Below are positions 40,701 to 53,822 of a stretch of 64,000 nt of DNA, one piece after another (the stretch's first letter is position 1; the number at the start of each line of letters is the position of its first letter). The notes beneath the pieces were generated by a model. The model saw nothing but the letters and a program-made list of their open reading frames with translations, made no database searches and was not told where the DNA came from. Position numbers and translations under genes: made by a program. Location: the NCBI GenBank assembly GCA_964304625.1, contig OZ199840.1, forward strand, positions 10,984,341-11,048,340, in the 5' to 3' direction. The DNA is from Kudoa neothunni (lineage: Eukaryota; Animalia; Cnidaria).

Positions 40701-43700
40701 ATTTGGTAAAAATGCCGGTAAAAACAGAAATCATTCCACAATTTAATCTATGCCGTATAGCTTCGGCGAAGTTTCGGTTAAATCGCTCACGATCGTGTCT
40801 GTGTTTATGTTTGTTAATTGTAAGTAGGGCTTCAAAAAATTGAGAGTTTAGGGATTATCCAGAAGTTCGAAGAGATTAAGTTAATGTATTAACGAGATTG
40901 TGTGATTCGTTCACAGTGGATTTTTCTAATCAAAATTCAGCAGTGTATTATTCTTTGGAATAAACTATTTTGTTTCTTTTAAAATATCAGCTAAACTACA
41001 GTACTACTGTAACTGCGTAGAACTTCGGGCGGTGTCGCATACAAAATCGGAAATAAAGTCGTTCCCTACAATTTGTCCTACGAACTGATTTATCTTTCAA
41101 AATTTTTCCATTTTTCTTTATATCGTAAAAAATTTAAAATTATAGAAAAATAAGAATTTTTTAAAGTATTTATCGACAGCATAGAGATTTCATGTGAATC
41201 CGAATATGCACGACGTGAGATTTATTTCCAGTTTACAAGATAATTTTTGTTGGTCTAAAATTTATTAAGTTACCTTTTTTATAAAAAAAAGTGAAAATTT
41301 TTCAATAATGGAGTGAATTAACAGGATGAGTTGTAGGAAATGACTTTATTCCCGATTTTGTATGCGACACCGCCTGAAATTGACACACATATTGTAGCTT
41401 AGTCCAATTTTGTGTAAAACCTTAAAAGAGACTTTGTCGGTTGATATTTGAAAGGTTTGTCTTAATTAGACATTTGATAAACCATATATCGATATTTTCT
41501 TAAATGATCTAAATCTTTACGCTTTTTATACTTTAGTAAAAATTAAATTTTATCACAAAAACGTATCTGGCTATTTTAGTGACATTTGAAATGAACACTA
41601 TTGATATTTTCTTATCTAATTATTCCTTATTTATCCAATATTTATTAGTTTTTGCTTTTCCGCATAAATCAGGGTCATATTCAAAATATGCCATAACAAA
41701 GTGCATGAGATTATATGATGTTATATTTAGATGATTACTATTATTTTTTTGTCGGGAGGGTAATTTGGACTACTTTTTCGCGTATCTAGAAACTTAGAAT
41801 ATATTTTTCGCTGATCCATTCATCTTTCTTATGGAAAAATAACGTGAACAGTTTTATCGGACGCATGTGATGATTAATTAAATAAAATAATCTGATTATT
41901 CGATTTAGATATTCTGATTAAACGTTGAAATAATAAAAATACGCCTCATAACGTACACTAATGTATTAACATCATGAAACAACATTTAATTTAAATGGTT
42001 AAGAAGAATTTTATGGAGACATCAGCTTCAGAATTCATAGTTGAACAAAACATTATAAATTTACACGCGAATAATCTAATTTTTTATTAATCTGATTTGT
42101 ACGCTATCGAAATAACTTTACTAAATAAAAGGGATCTTTCTTCGCAATGTTTTATTTCAAACAAATTTTAGTAAAATGTTACAAATTACGAAAAAAATTG
42201 GTTACGTAAAAACATCGGGCAATGACCCTGAGTGTGCGCTAGTTCATCATAATGGAAATTATCAACAACGAAATTACAATATTATTTGAAGTAGTCAGAA
42301 AAATTCAAGTGTATACATATTATATTATTATTATTAAAATACTAATAATAAAAATAATAGGTTAATTAAATATAGAAAAACACATATATACACTAATTCA
42401 ATAATTTTCTCCAAATTGTTCCCCCGCCATCAATAATTGACTCTTCCGGTCATATCGGTTTCCGACCCCTGGCATATACGCTACATTGTACATGTCGTAT
42501 GGTGATGGTTAGTACTTTTATCCGGAAATATGATTAAATAGTTCTTCCAGTTTCTGGTTACCGAGTTTAAGGATAGTCGAACATTTATCGACACGTAATG
42601 TCAATAAAATTTATAATTAATTCCGGATAATCGAGGTTCGACTGTATTATGGTTTACTAAATATATAAAATTGTTCAATTTAATTTGAATGGATTAAAAA
42701 TATATTATTTATACCATTCGACTTTGTTTAACATTATTAATTGAAAATTACTAATAATATTAAATAGTTTTATTATGTATTTATATTATTCGTACATCTA
42801 TTAGACACAAACTACACAAAACAAAAAATCCATATAAGTGGGGGCTCTCTAATAAAGGATCCGCTTGTGGTTATGCTAATTATGGATTGATAAAGGTATG
42901 TCATCAATTAGGTCAAATATAAAACGTGTTTGTATATTTAGATTGGTTTTGAGATACCGCGTGCGTTTACAGGAAGGGTTTTGGCGTACGAAATTGGTAA
43001 TATACTAGGATTACATGATGTTGAGAACGAAAATCCGTATTGCAAATGTGGGGGAAGTAATGGTCGTTGTATTATGAATAAACCTCAAGCGACTGAGTAT
43101 TCAGTTAATCAATATAGCTAAATTTTATGACCTGTTAGAATGCTTGATCCTAATGTTTTGCCCTTTCACAACTGTTCACTTCTTCATTTAGATAGACTTG
43201 AGTTACCTTGTATTAATAAATGCCCCAAAGTATCTTATTTATTAATTATTTACATCAGTTTATTTTAGAAAAATGTATTTTCAAAATGTGGAGATGGAAT
43301 AGTTGATAAGGAAGACGGCGAAGAATGTGATTGTGGTGACAAAGAAGTGATTAAAATCAATATAAAATAAAGATATATATAGAATTGATTTCCATTAATC
43401 TATATTTGCGTTTAAAACCTCTCAATTTTATCATAAATATATTCATTAGAATTGTGAAGCTTTGGGTGTAAGTGAATGTTGTGATCACAATACGTGCAAA
43501 TTTAAAAATGGATCCACGTGTGCTAACGAAGATTGTTGCTTTCAGTGCCAAGTATGATCAATTCATGTAAATCATCTTATAAGTTAAAGATAACCGATGG
43601 AATGATGTGCAGTAAATCTTATAATAGTTGCCAATGGGAAGGAAAATGCGAAAACAATGGATTATTTGTATTTTTTAGTTAAAATAATATTTCTTAATAA

Positions 43701-44811
43701 TAATTAGTGCCCCCAAGCTGATTTCCTTGTTAACGGAATGTCCTGCAGAGAAAATGTAATCATATATATAAATACAATAAAACGTACACAAGGTTTATTT
43801 ACCACACATAAATAATAGAGTGTTTGCTACAAGGGTTCATGTAATGATTTGGATGAGTATTGTGAGAAAATGTTCCCATATGGTATAGTTATTTATATAA
43901 ATTTAAAGTTAACATTTAAATTAGCTGAAGTTAGTGTCCATTCTCGTAGATGCCAAAACTATCAAAATTTGCCACATAAGACGGAAAAAAGTATTGTGAA
44001 GTAAGTCGAAAAATTATATTATAATTTAAGTTTGCAATATTTTATTGTATCATAAATACCAGTTAGAAATTATTTGTGGGAAATTTGCAAATATTTTTAT
44101 TTAGCTTTAGAAAGTATTTTATTAAAGTTTTTGATAACATTCAAATTTCCATAATTATTAATATGAGCAAACTCCAGTTCACCGACGAGATAAATTTCCA
44201 AATTTTTTTAGGCACGATTTAGGAAAAATAATCGTTATGTATAGATTGCATCAATTTATTTTATTGATACAGTACTAAATATATGTGAAGTTTTATTTAA
44301 ATACTTATTTTTTCCTATTATGAGACTTTTAAGAAATTGAACATTTATGTTAAACCGGCAAATTAATCTAATGTTCGTTACATTGAACAATACGAGCGAA
44401 TGGGTTTTCGTTAATAATGCGTTTTTGTTTAATTTTGTTGCTTATATGTTCCTATTTACCAAAAATATTAGAGTAAATATATAATTTCAAATTCAATTAA
44501 TAATTCTATTCATTCTATTAGGGATATAAGATGTCCCTTAATTTGGTGTGAAGTGTCATCTGTATTTCCAATAACAAGTTATGAGAAAATTCTAGCAGTA
44601 AATGACGGATTATCCGTAACATGCCGGTATCAATAACCCAAATGTTCCTATTAATATGAGTCTCCAGCACTTTACATGGATCTTTTGGTGTTGCTCCTAA
44701 TGGTTACCCCTGTGGTGATTTAATGGTATTAAATGGAATTGATATTTATTTTTAAAATTATATTTTTTCAATTAGGTTTGTGATGGGGGATATTGTGTCC
44801 CTTATGTTTAA
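31745..44811 (+). CDS. ADAM/reprolysin (M12B)-like protein: signal peptide, prodomain, Zn-ligand-less protease domain, disintegrin and Cys-rich domains; no TM. 5' exons tentative
   Basis: Exons WGLSNKGSACG, LAYEIGNILGLHD...CKC...CIM (Met-turn), FHNCS, CGDGIVDKEDGEECDCG, CCDHNTCKFKNGSTCANEDCCFQCQ, CPQADFLVNGMSC, CYKGSC, CPLIWC and VAPNGYPCGDLM|VCDGGYCVPYV* (TAA 44809-44811). Confidence 0.85.
31956..33230 (-). mobile_element. hAT (SPIN/Buster, GTF2IRD2-like) transposase relic in an ADAM intron; far end uncertain
   Basis: TIR CAGGGGTGGGCAA at 31956; minus-strand VLFESTYTCEQNFSVMFINKSKNR is the hAT dimerisation motif. Confidence 0.7.
33360..33970 (-). mobile_element. Tc1/IS630-type transposase relic, paralogous to 36520-37118
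   Basis: Shares blocks (AAAATTGG.G.TGTTATGGGAAAA; TATCCGAAAATTC) with the 36.5-37.1 kb copy; degraded AAF.. and ..IESQFSSI motifs. Confidence 0.5.
34845..37118 (-). mobile_element. Tc1/mariner-superfamily element (CAGTCGAACCTCG-type TIR) interrupted by a second element
   Basis: TA|TTGTTGAACCCCGTTTATCCGAAAAT ... ATTTTCGGATAAACGAGGTTCCACA|TA. Confidence 0.7.
35262..36519 (+). mobile_element. IS630/Tc1-family DNA transposon with a pseudogenised DDE transposase
   Basis: TIRs CCGGGTTTTGCATCCA / TGGATGCAAAACCCGG with TA TSD; VHPTTVWRWLK (HTH), NISMILAVS, IVMDNVRFHH, YLPR*SPFLNLCEEIF; in-frame stops. Confidence 0.92.
37970..40340. mobile_element. Mutator-like element (MULE), degraded
   Basis: TIRs of about 60 bp (GGCACTGGCTATTGCTGCGGATCCGTATA... 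/ ...TATACGGATCCGTTGCAACAGCCACTGCC) related to the 55698 MULE termini; TSD degenerate. Confidence 0.75.
40989..41405. mobile_element. Foldback-type MITE with long inverted arms
   Basis: GGCGGTGTCGCATACAAAATCGGAAATAAAGTC is mirrored by GACTTTATTCCCGATTTTGTATGCGACACCGCC; superfamily undetermined. Confidence 0.75.
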
Positions 44812-44941
44812 TCCACGGTTACTATAGATTAAAAAATATTTCACACTCATATAGCATTATTCCTTTACATTTATCAACTACTGTATATTTGAAATATGTT
44901 TTATCAATATACGTATTCCATTTTTTTATGAATTCAGAATG

Positions 44942-46484
44942 GAGAAAACTGGATAACGCGGTCGCGAATGTTGTTTTTTATGCGACAGTACAGGCACACG
45001 CGTTGGGGTTGTAATGTCGGAGCAACTTTGTGAATCCAAGTATAAAATAATCAAAACACAACGAAATTCTGAGACGCTTTTTGATCAAAATTACTTTTTC
45101 ACTAAATAACACTCTGGTAAGACTTCACAATTTTAGAGATTTCAAAACAGGAAGTACCCTGGAAAAATTTCTACCTCGTCCGTCATTGGATCAAATTGAT
45201 AAGCTCGAACTCGTCAAAGAGCATAATCATATTTTATCTGACAACGATATTTCTAAGATGTTTTTTTCGACCAATATTAATAATTTATAGGAAATTAGTT
45301 CGTATTCCACCCGTAAAGTTTCTTCATTAGCAACAAACAATGTAAAATTATGCGATCTACCAATCTTAAATAAAAATCACATCTATAAAAATATGCACAA
45401 TGTAATAAAAAGGAATTCTATTGTAGTCGTATCTACAAAAAAATTTCTGAAACTTTAAGACTCTTGATGGTAAAAATTTTTTTCTGTTTGACTCAGCACT
45501 GGAAACCCCAGACAGAATAGTACTGTCGATTACTGATGATAATCCTGAACATTCAAAAAACTCAAGAATGATGATTGGGGATGGTACTTTTAAGGTCTTC
45601 TCAAGAGCTTATCTCTTCGACTATATGTTATACATGGAAAAATATTTTCGAATGTTTATCCACTGGTATACATATTATTGAAAACAAAGAGAGTGATTAT
45701 TTGACGGCAATAAATATTATTAAAATAAGTTTGATAATAGCTTCCCAAACTACATAATTATTGATTTCGAGGTGGCTGCATATGTTCCTGTTAAAAAAAC
45801 AGCAAAATCTAAGATATAATACGTTTATCTATGTCATTTTGGTCAATGTATTTTTGTAAAAATTCTAAATTTAAGATTAGATGCTAATGATTATAATCAG
45901 AATTACGAATTTAAATTTTTAGTTAAATACCTTACCCCTATAGCATTTGTTCCACTTGAATATGTAGACATAGAGTATCAGAAAGTTCTAAGGACATCAT
46001 TAGAATATCAAAATATTAATCTTGTTCCGTTTTTCAACTATTTTGAAACAAAATTTCTAAAAGGGACAAAATATCCTATCGAGTGTTGGAACACGTGTGA
46101 AACAGTTATGGAAGATATACCCTTAAGTTTAAACAACGCAGAAACGTCTAACCGTCATTTTAGCGATAAATTTGATTATTACCATTCAGATCTTTCAATA
46201 TTTTTTAAAAAGTTAAAGGTTAATAAAGTAATGTTATGAATGACATCGAATACTACATGCTTAATGTGACACGCATTATCGATAATATGTACAGGCGAAA
46301 ATTGGGCTCTCTCAAAGAAATTTGCAAAAATTATCATGCATATTATAATATGACATACATTCAATTTATAGCCAAAATACATGATTGGAAGTTAATTGAT
46401 TAACTTATTTATAGTTCATCTATTACCGTTCAAAATATTGTGTATTTATTTGCGCCAGCGTATTTGAGATTGCCCAGTTTTCTC
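44942..46484 (+). mobile_element. MULE transposase relic
   Basis: Inverted ends GAGAAAACTGG / CCAGTTTTCTC; motifs GDGTFK, IIDFEVAA, CHFGQCI, AFVP, FFNYFE, YPIECWN and LNNAET. Confidence 0.75.
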
Positions 46485-46752
46485 TTTATGGATATTAATT
46501 AACTTAGTAACGGCTGAATTAAGCAGAAACAACAAAAATATTTTTTATTTTGATATGACTCATTTACTCATATCAATTTTAATTAGCTTTTTAAAAATTA
46601 TATTGTTTGTCCTGGAAATTGTTCTTATAATAATTTTCATTTATAAATTTATTTTGAATCGATTTATTTACGTTGAATCTTTTACTCGAGTTTTACTAAT
46701 AGCCAGCGCAAAGACACATTTTCATGGTAATTAGTGATGCGATTTTTAGGAT

Positions 46753-46815
46753 ACGACAAAACCTCGATTATCCGGAAAATCTAGGACCAGCCATTTTCTT
46801 TCCAGATAACCGAAT
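46753..46815 (+). mobile_element. Solo left terminus of the 37885-type element
   Basis: AACCTCGATTATCCGGAAAAT...GGACCAG..ATTTTCTTTCC nearly matches 37890-37935. Confidence 0.65.
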
Positions 46816-47443
46816 ATTTATCCACACTGGATTTTAATAAAATCCAAATATAATTTAAAATATATTCTGAATAGCACGAATTCCAAATATCCCGGATTGA
46901 CTGGATTGGAAAAACAATGCATATCAATCACAAAGAAATATGTATATTCGAGTGAGGATAAAAAAATGTTGTAAATGATAGACTTGGCGTAGAAATTATA
47001 ATAATATCTCCGTATTTTTATTTTTTTTATTTATAATATATATTATTAAATAACATTCAGATTTTCACCGTTTATATTCTGATAATATTGTTTTCAAAAA
47101 TATTTGTTATTCATTATTGTATAGTTTTTGATTTTAATTTTTCTGTACAGTTATGACGCAACCTAAATAAACTCCTAAGTACAATGTGACTAGTTAAATA
47201 ATTTAATTGCTACCAATTTTGAATTCTCGATGGGTTAAATTAGATAAATTAATAAATCTTTTATAAATCATAATGTTGGAGTGTAATCTCAGACATTCCA
47301 ATTTATATTTGAATCATATTTTATTTATTGCTCAAAAAACAAAAAAATAGTTCATTAACTCACACAACTATACCTATAAATAGTTAATTTAAATCGTATA
47401 ATATAAAAATTGAATCTTTTGTATCATATTAAACTATAAGTAA

Positions 47444-50434
47444 CTAATTTTTGTTTTTCATATATCCAAAACAGAATCCTGCTCCAATTATCACTATTAC
47501 AACCGGAACCACAACTGAAATAATTCTAAATGGAAAAATTAGTAATATGAACCAAACTTTATCTACATTGTATTTCTTGATCTAAAAAATATATAAAAGT
47601 TATTATGTATATGTTTGGCATTACGTTGATTTGTTTGAGGTTTCTCCTAATGATTAAAATAAAAATTTCTGAATAATAATAATAATATTTTAAATACCTC
47701 TTTTTATTATAGCAGTTCCAAAAATTGTCTTATCAATGCTATGAATTACCCTCAAGCGGTAATCACTGTTATCTTCCACATCCGAAATCGAGATATCCCT
47801 ACAAGATGGGAATACAGTACAGTCTCGACCAACAACCATGCATTTTTTCGCAATTGGTTTGGCAACATTATCCCATTCTATTAATTCCCATTTGCATAAA
47901 GAATTTTCATCCGTTCCCTGAGGTAGAATAGTTTTAACCTGTAGTGTTTTATCGTCGCGTACGATCACAATATCTATATTTTTATTCATGTCCTCATTCG
48001 ATACGAGTGATGGATCTAAATATTATAATTTTACAATGAAAATGATAGAAGATATAATTTCACATCGTGTATGAATTAAATATATTTAATACTTGACAAA
48101 AAACAAATTTAAAGTAATAATACTTTTTGGTATAGATATAGACACTTCTTCCGATCTTCCGATAGCAGTAACTAACAATTTATACTCTTTATCTGCTTCA
48201 TACCCTACACCCACCACAATACTATTGCATAAAGGTGCCTGAGTACATGGTGGAAATCGTACATTAATATTTGTTGATTGCGTTGAAGGTGTAGTTGGAT
48301 CAGAGGTGGGGGTTCCTGCTCTCGCAATTTTCAATTCATTGGATGTTGATGGTAGTGCTAATTTTTGAACAGGACTAGTTGAATCTTTGACATCAACATT
48401 TATATTTATTTCACCTTTAAGAATTTTTGATACAGCTTTTGTTTTGGGGATTGAAGTAGGTGGAGGACAAACTAAAACCTCCTTGAATATTTCGTCATTC
48501 CTCTGAAGTTTGAATTCGCATTCCGCATCTGGATCGGGAGTAGATAAGGTTCCAACAACTTTGAATCCTTTATCCAAGAAACTTGATGTTAATGTAAGTG
48601 TTGCCAAATCTAATAAATTTAATTTCGAATTTATTACGAAAATTAAAATACTGGTTTTGACACCAGAGTACGTCTTCGTTGCGTACTCTTTGTGTGCAAC
48701 AACTTTGATGTCATAAGTTGATCCTGGAATGAGGTTAATGATGGTTTTAGACTCCTTGCAATGTCCTCTGCAAGGGAAGCTGTCTGAGCAATGTGCGTCG
48801 ATGAATGCGTTTTTTCCTGCCATGCTTATATAATAAGTGCATGTGGGTTGTTCTGTAGTTGTTTCTTCGGCACCTTCTAATGCTTTAATTACAGCTGTTG
48901 ACTCGGTAACTGTTGGATTGGTAGTGATAAATACTGCGTTCGTTTTGGGGCCTATATATAAACATTGAATCTATTTTTCAATAAATATTAATTTACTTGT
49001 CCTTACAAATAAGTATTCGTTAAAACCGGTTTGATCATCGGTGTTTGCAGATGCAATCTCAATCATCGTAGGTTTTCCCTCCCCAATATTTTGAATAGAT
49101 AAGCTAGTGTTGCATTCTGTTTGACAAGGACTAGTATCACAAGTTGCTGCTGTTCCCGATCTAGCAGTTGGTCTTGGTTTGTCGGCAGGGAAGTGTTTTA
49201 TGTGACATGTGGTAAATATGTTTGAATCAGTTGGTTTAAACGGAGATGCATTCAATGTAACCCCAGTACTTCTTAAATCCTTCAACAAACCACCTTCTGG
49301 CTCAATAATTACTAGATATAATTACAAAATAGTGAATCATCCATAATTCTACCAAATTTTTTTTGTTTATATCCTTCATATTTTTCCTCAGTCGCTTTTA
49401 TATCGTGATGCCTGGTTTGGATCGAAATATCAACAAGAACTTTTGATGGAGCAAGAGTTAGCCGGACATTATCGCATGGTGCATAGCATTCCTTTCCTGT
49501 TGCCCCACAAATGTGCGAATAAGTACCTTTAGTTGTACCAGCAGCATCTCTGATACCAAAACGGCATATTTCTGTTGGAAAATTATTTGAAAACTTAATG
49601 TAATATTCAGTTTTCTTATTATCGGATTCAAAGGCCACATAATATTGTGGTTTGAAAACATCGATTTCTTTTTTCATGTATGCGTTTGGCATTTGATAAA
49701 AGAAGCTTGGATATTTTTCACACTGCATTTCGTAATATGGAATCATTAAATCAAATTCAACTTCAGCAATACTAGCAGCCACGCAATCAGCACCAGCTGT
49801 TCCAGAGTGGTATTCAACCTTTTTATATTTTACTGGACAGTTCACATTATCACACGTTATAACAGAAAATTTTAATTTCTGAGCATTTGTTGATATTGCA
49901 ACCTGAGGATTCACAAGTAATGCTAAATAGTAACTAAGTTTCGGTCAATGCAAATTTATTAATACGCATTTCGAATCCAAAAACGTTTCCACCCTTTGTA
50001 TTACTTGCAGCAGTTGCAGCAGAGTCAGCTGCAAAAACATATATGTACTTGTTTCTTGGAGAGAGTATTTTATATGTCAATTTATTCGTTGCGCTGTTAC
50101 AAGGAATTACACATTTTCCCTGTCCACTTGTACCATCGCTATCAGGACATGTATTTATTTCCTCATATGCCGACAGGTCACTTTTTCCCTTTTTTATTAG
50201 ACAATGTTGGTTGTTTCCATAATCAATACCGCTCAAAGTAAGTTTTAGTTTTTTACTTTTATCTTCATCATCTATAATTGTGTAGGAGAGCTTTTTTGCT
50301 TCTTGTGCTGCTGGCGGGTTTACATCTGCAGAATAGCATTTAACATCTAAATAAATTTTCATCTGGTGTAAAAAATACTTATATTTACATAATAATACAG
50401 GCAGAACTATAAATTTAAATATTTGTTCTCTCAT
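47444..50434 (-). CDS. Type-I membrane protein with six Cys-rich FN3-like modules and a very short cytoplasmic tail
   Basis: Signal MREQIFKFIVLPVLL|YVKCYSA; exons join in frame through phase-1 GT-AG introns; INLIPGSTYDIKVVA is an FN3-like signature; TM and tail IISVVVPVVIVIIGAGFCFGYMKNKN*. Confidence 0.8.
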
Positions 50435-51479
50435 ATTTATATATGAAATTCAAGTAGGATTAAGTCTAATATATCGACAATATAACGAACATTATATATA
50501 TATAGGATTTATATAGTCATAAATATCCTCTTCAGCGTTGAATACAATACTAAATTGATGCATGTTTCTAAATCTATTGATTATGAAAATACTGAATACA
50601 GGATTATTCATAGGATATAAAATACGTTTAAAAAATACTCTAAACCCAAATCGACATAAAGGTAGTTTGTAACAGTAGTTTCATATAAAATCCTAGTTCT
50701 GCTTTATGGTGTGTGATGGCTTATTGAAAGTTTTAAGTTATATTAAATTGAATTTACATTATATAATACATCCTTAGACGATTTTGAAAGCATTCAAAGT
50801 GTTAATTTTAGCTATTATATAATTAATTTAATCATTATTTTGTACACTGTACCAACTTAAAATAGTTCAAAATATGCATTTATTTTAAGTTTAATATATA
50901 AGACAAAAATTAGACTCTCTTTAAAATTTCTTGTATAAATTTACAAGAAAATTGATTTAATAAGTTCGAGTGATTAATCAAAATAGAGTTAAGTAGTTAT
51001 AATCAATTAAATAGACCATTCAGAAATTTTTACATATTTAAAATTGCGAAAACATTATAATGACATCTAAATAGTTACATCCCTTAGCATTATAATAATT
51101 AATTTATTATTAAAAATTATATGAAAAGGAACAATGAAATAAATTTTAATATGTTTTTCTAAAAAAATGAAATCAAGTGAAATATTACATACTTCTAGTA
51201 ATCTTATAATAGGTTTCTTTTATTAAAAGAAAGAAATTTATGAATTATAATAGTTTTTTCGGTTTATCAATTTTACCCGTTGAAAATAAGTTTTTTCAAC
51301 TGCTAACAATTATATACATGTATTTCTCGGTTAAAATGAAAAAAATATGTGACCAAACTAATATTTAATGGAATGGGCTTAAGTTTGATGTAGGCCTTCT
51401 AATCCCGAGTTAAATGCGATTAAAGCCATAAACACAATATTTCATTAAAAATAACACATTACATAGCATATAAAGACTT

Positions 51480-53600
51480 ATAATTTAAATTATTTATGAA
51501 GGTTTCAAACCTCTCCATAAATCTTGTTGGTTTTTTCTTCGCTGTCGAAATTCTCCAAGGAACTCATTTATGTTATCCATGCATACAGAATTGTCTTCAT
51601 TAACTGACAACATTCCGTTTCTTTGTGATATTTTGTATTTCATGACTCCCAATCACCTTCTATGGTATTTGTAATAGTTACCTTGATGCTATCCACATAT
51701 TCAACGTAGTGATTGACAATGAGTTAAGCGTAAAAGTTGTTAAAAATGTCGCAACTTTTGAAGGAGTCATTAATTACGACAGATCAGGGTTAAACGTATG
51801 CTTCAATTTTTTTATAAAAGTCTGTTAATCCGCCTGTGACATCCACTCAAAACATTTTTGTTTCAGGAATTCTTTCCGAACCGTTAAGAACCCATGCTCA
51901 GTTAACATCTTGACCTTGGTTATGTTTGACTGCCAAATCCAAGAAATCATAGATCTTAATTTTCATATTTTTGGAAAAATTTGACTCAAAAATAGAAATT
52001 TCTTTTCTGAAAACTTTTGAGAAAATATGCTAATTCTTCTATAGATCGGAAATCTTATCCCCTCCGACTTGATGTGATTGGAGCAGGGGTCGGCAACAGA
52101 TATGACCAGACGAGCTAATTATTGATAGCGGGAAAGCAATTTTCTAATTCCGGCCCCCCAAATTAAATTTAGGATCGAAAATCAAAATATTTAACTTTGA
52201 AACCATGAATACATACATTTCGAAAAAACCTGGAGAAAATTGTCCAATTAGTCTATCTAAGCGTTTTTCTATAACTAATTAGCCTAGTATTTTTATTATT
52301 AGTGTTTAATGCAAGGAGAAATAATAAAAAGAAAAAAAGTACGAATTTGAATTTGTGTGATTATTTAAAATAATATCGTAATTTCATTTTTGAAAATCTC
52401 CATTACGATGAATTAGAAATTTTACCATTGTCCTCTATACAACAAATACACGATATAAAATTCATTTTCATGACTATGATTGTAAAATAAACGAAAATTT
52501 CTATCATAGAATTTAATCTTTTAAAATTACAAGATTTACTTTCTAATGTATTTTCCTAAATTTAATCATTCCAACAGCATTTTATATGGGGTTTTCTCCA
52601 TATTAAAATTAAAGAACGTTTAATATTACAAGAGAATTCTTTCTAGTAGATAACATTTAATGAAAATGTATGTATAACTACATTTTTATTTAAAAAAGTT
52701 GATTCAAAAAAATTATTGAACTGAAAAACTATCAACACTTTCATGGGTCTAATTAAAATGTTCAAAAAAAGTTGTGCATATAAACAAATAGGATGTATTT
52801 TGTATAATACTTGAAAAATTTATTTTTAATTAGTTTCAGTTTAATAATGGCCTTTCTATTAAGGAGAATCTTTGATTAATGATAAAAAATAATATTTGAT
52901 TTAAAACCGTAGATAAAATTGAGAACATTTAGAGTTATTTTGCCTCGTTAATTATTGCATAAGCATAGGACAATGTTCTATGAGGAATTTTTAATTTTTA
53001 TATGTTACTTGTTTTTTTCGAATCTTTCCTTTCTATATTTAACTTTTAAGTTGCAAATTAAGAAAATTAGTTCAAGTTGGTGAAATTGGAGTACCATACA
53101 TTCATTTCATACTCATATATTTCCATTAAAAATGATTTAGGTCTGATGAAAACTCAAAATTTGAACGTAATAATGAGTTCAGCGATTAGGAATTATACAA
53201 TTTCTTCGCGTTTTAACCTTAGATATTGTAGTTTATATTATGCACGTAAGATGGGGAGCCGCAGGTTCCCGACTTCTGGATTAGAGGGTGCTTAGAACCC
53301 ACTGATCTCGATAAGATAACTGATTGAAAATAGTTCGTCACGAATAGTATCAAATGATTTCCTTAATGCAACCGTATGGATAGAGTTAATATTCAGCGAT
53401 GACCAGGACTGCCAGTGGAGTTTTCAAAAAACGTAAGGAGAGAATGTCATAAAACCAAAGTCTAGGCAAAAATCCAAAGTCGAAAAAACACTAGTTTAAA
53501 TATAACAAAAAATTAGAATCGTATCTATTAAAGATTGTTACCTTCTTCCAATTCTGTAATTACGTCTTCAGGCAGTAAAATTAAATTTATCCTCTTATTA
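51480..53600 (-). mobile_element. Merlin (ISXO2-like) transposase relic split by a hAT MITE
   Basis: IVNHYVEYVDSIKVTITNTIEGDWES near 51645-51720 matches the VNH..FVD...HTNTIEG.W motif. Confidence 0.6.
52084..53278. mobile_element. Non-autonomous hAT (Buster/SPIN-type) element
   Basis: TIRs CAGGGGTCGGCAAC / GTTCCCGACTTCTG; TSD GATTGGAG / GATTAGAG (7 of 8 match). Confidence 0.85.
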
Positions 53601-53822
53601 TTACAATTATTTGGCGCGAACGTTTATTAATAATTAATGTCTAGTATAGATCAATACACTCACAATTAATTACTTCATAATTCAAGATATCTTTTAAAAT
53701 AACTTTTAAATTTTCTAATAGTATACGATAATGTTTACTTAGTAATTATGGAGTCGTATTACGTTAAAAAATCTAATGGGCCAGTGGTGGCTGTACTTAA
53801 TTATAACAGAAGCCTTATTTAA

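Larger units (their letters stand above)
37885..42644. mobile_element. Tc1/mariner-superfamily (Tigger/pogo-type TIR) element carrying nested insertions
   Basis: TA|CAGTCCAACCTCGATTATCCGGAA ... TTCCGGATAATCGAGGTTCGACTG|TA. Confidence 0.85.
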
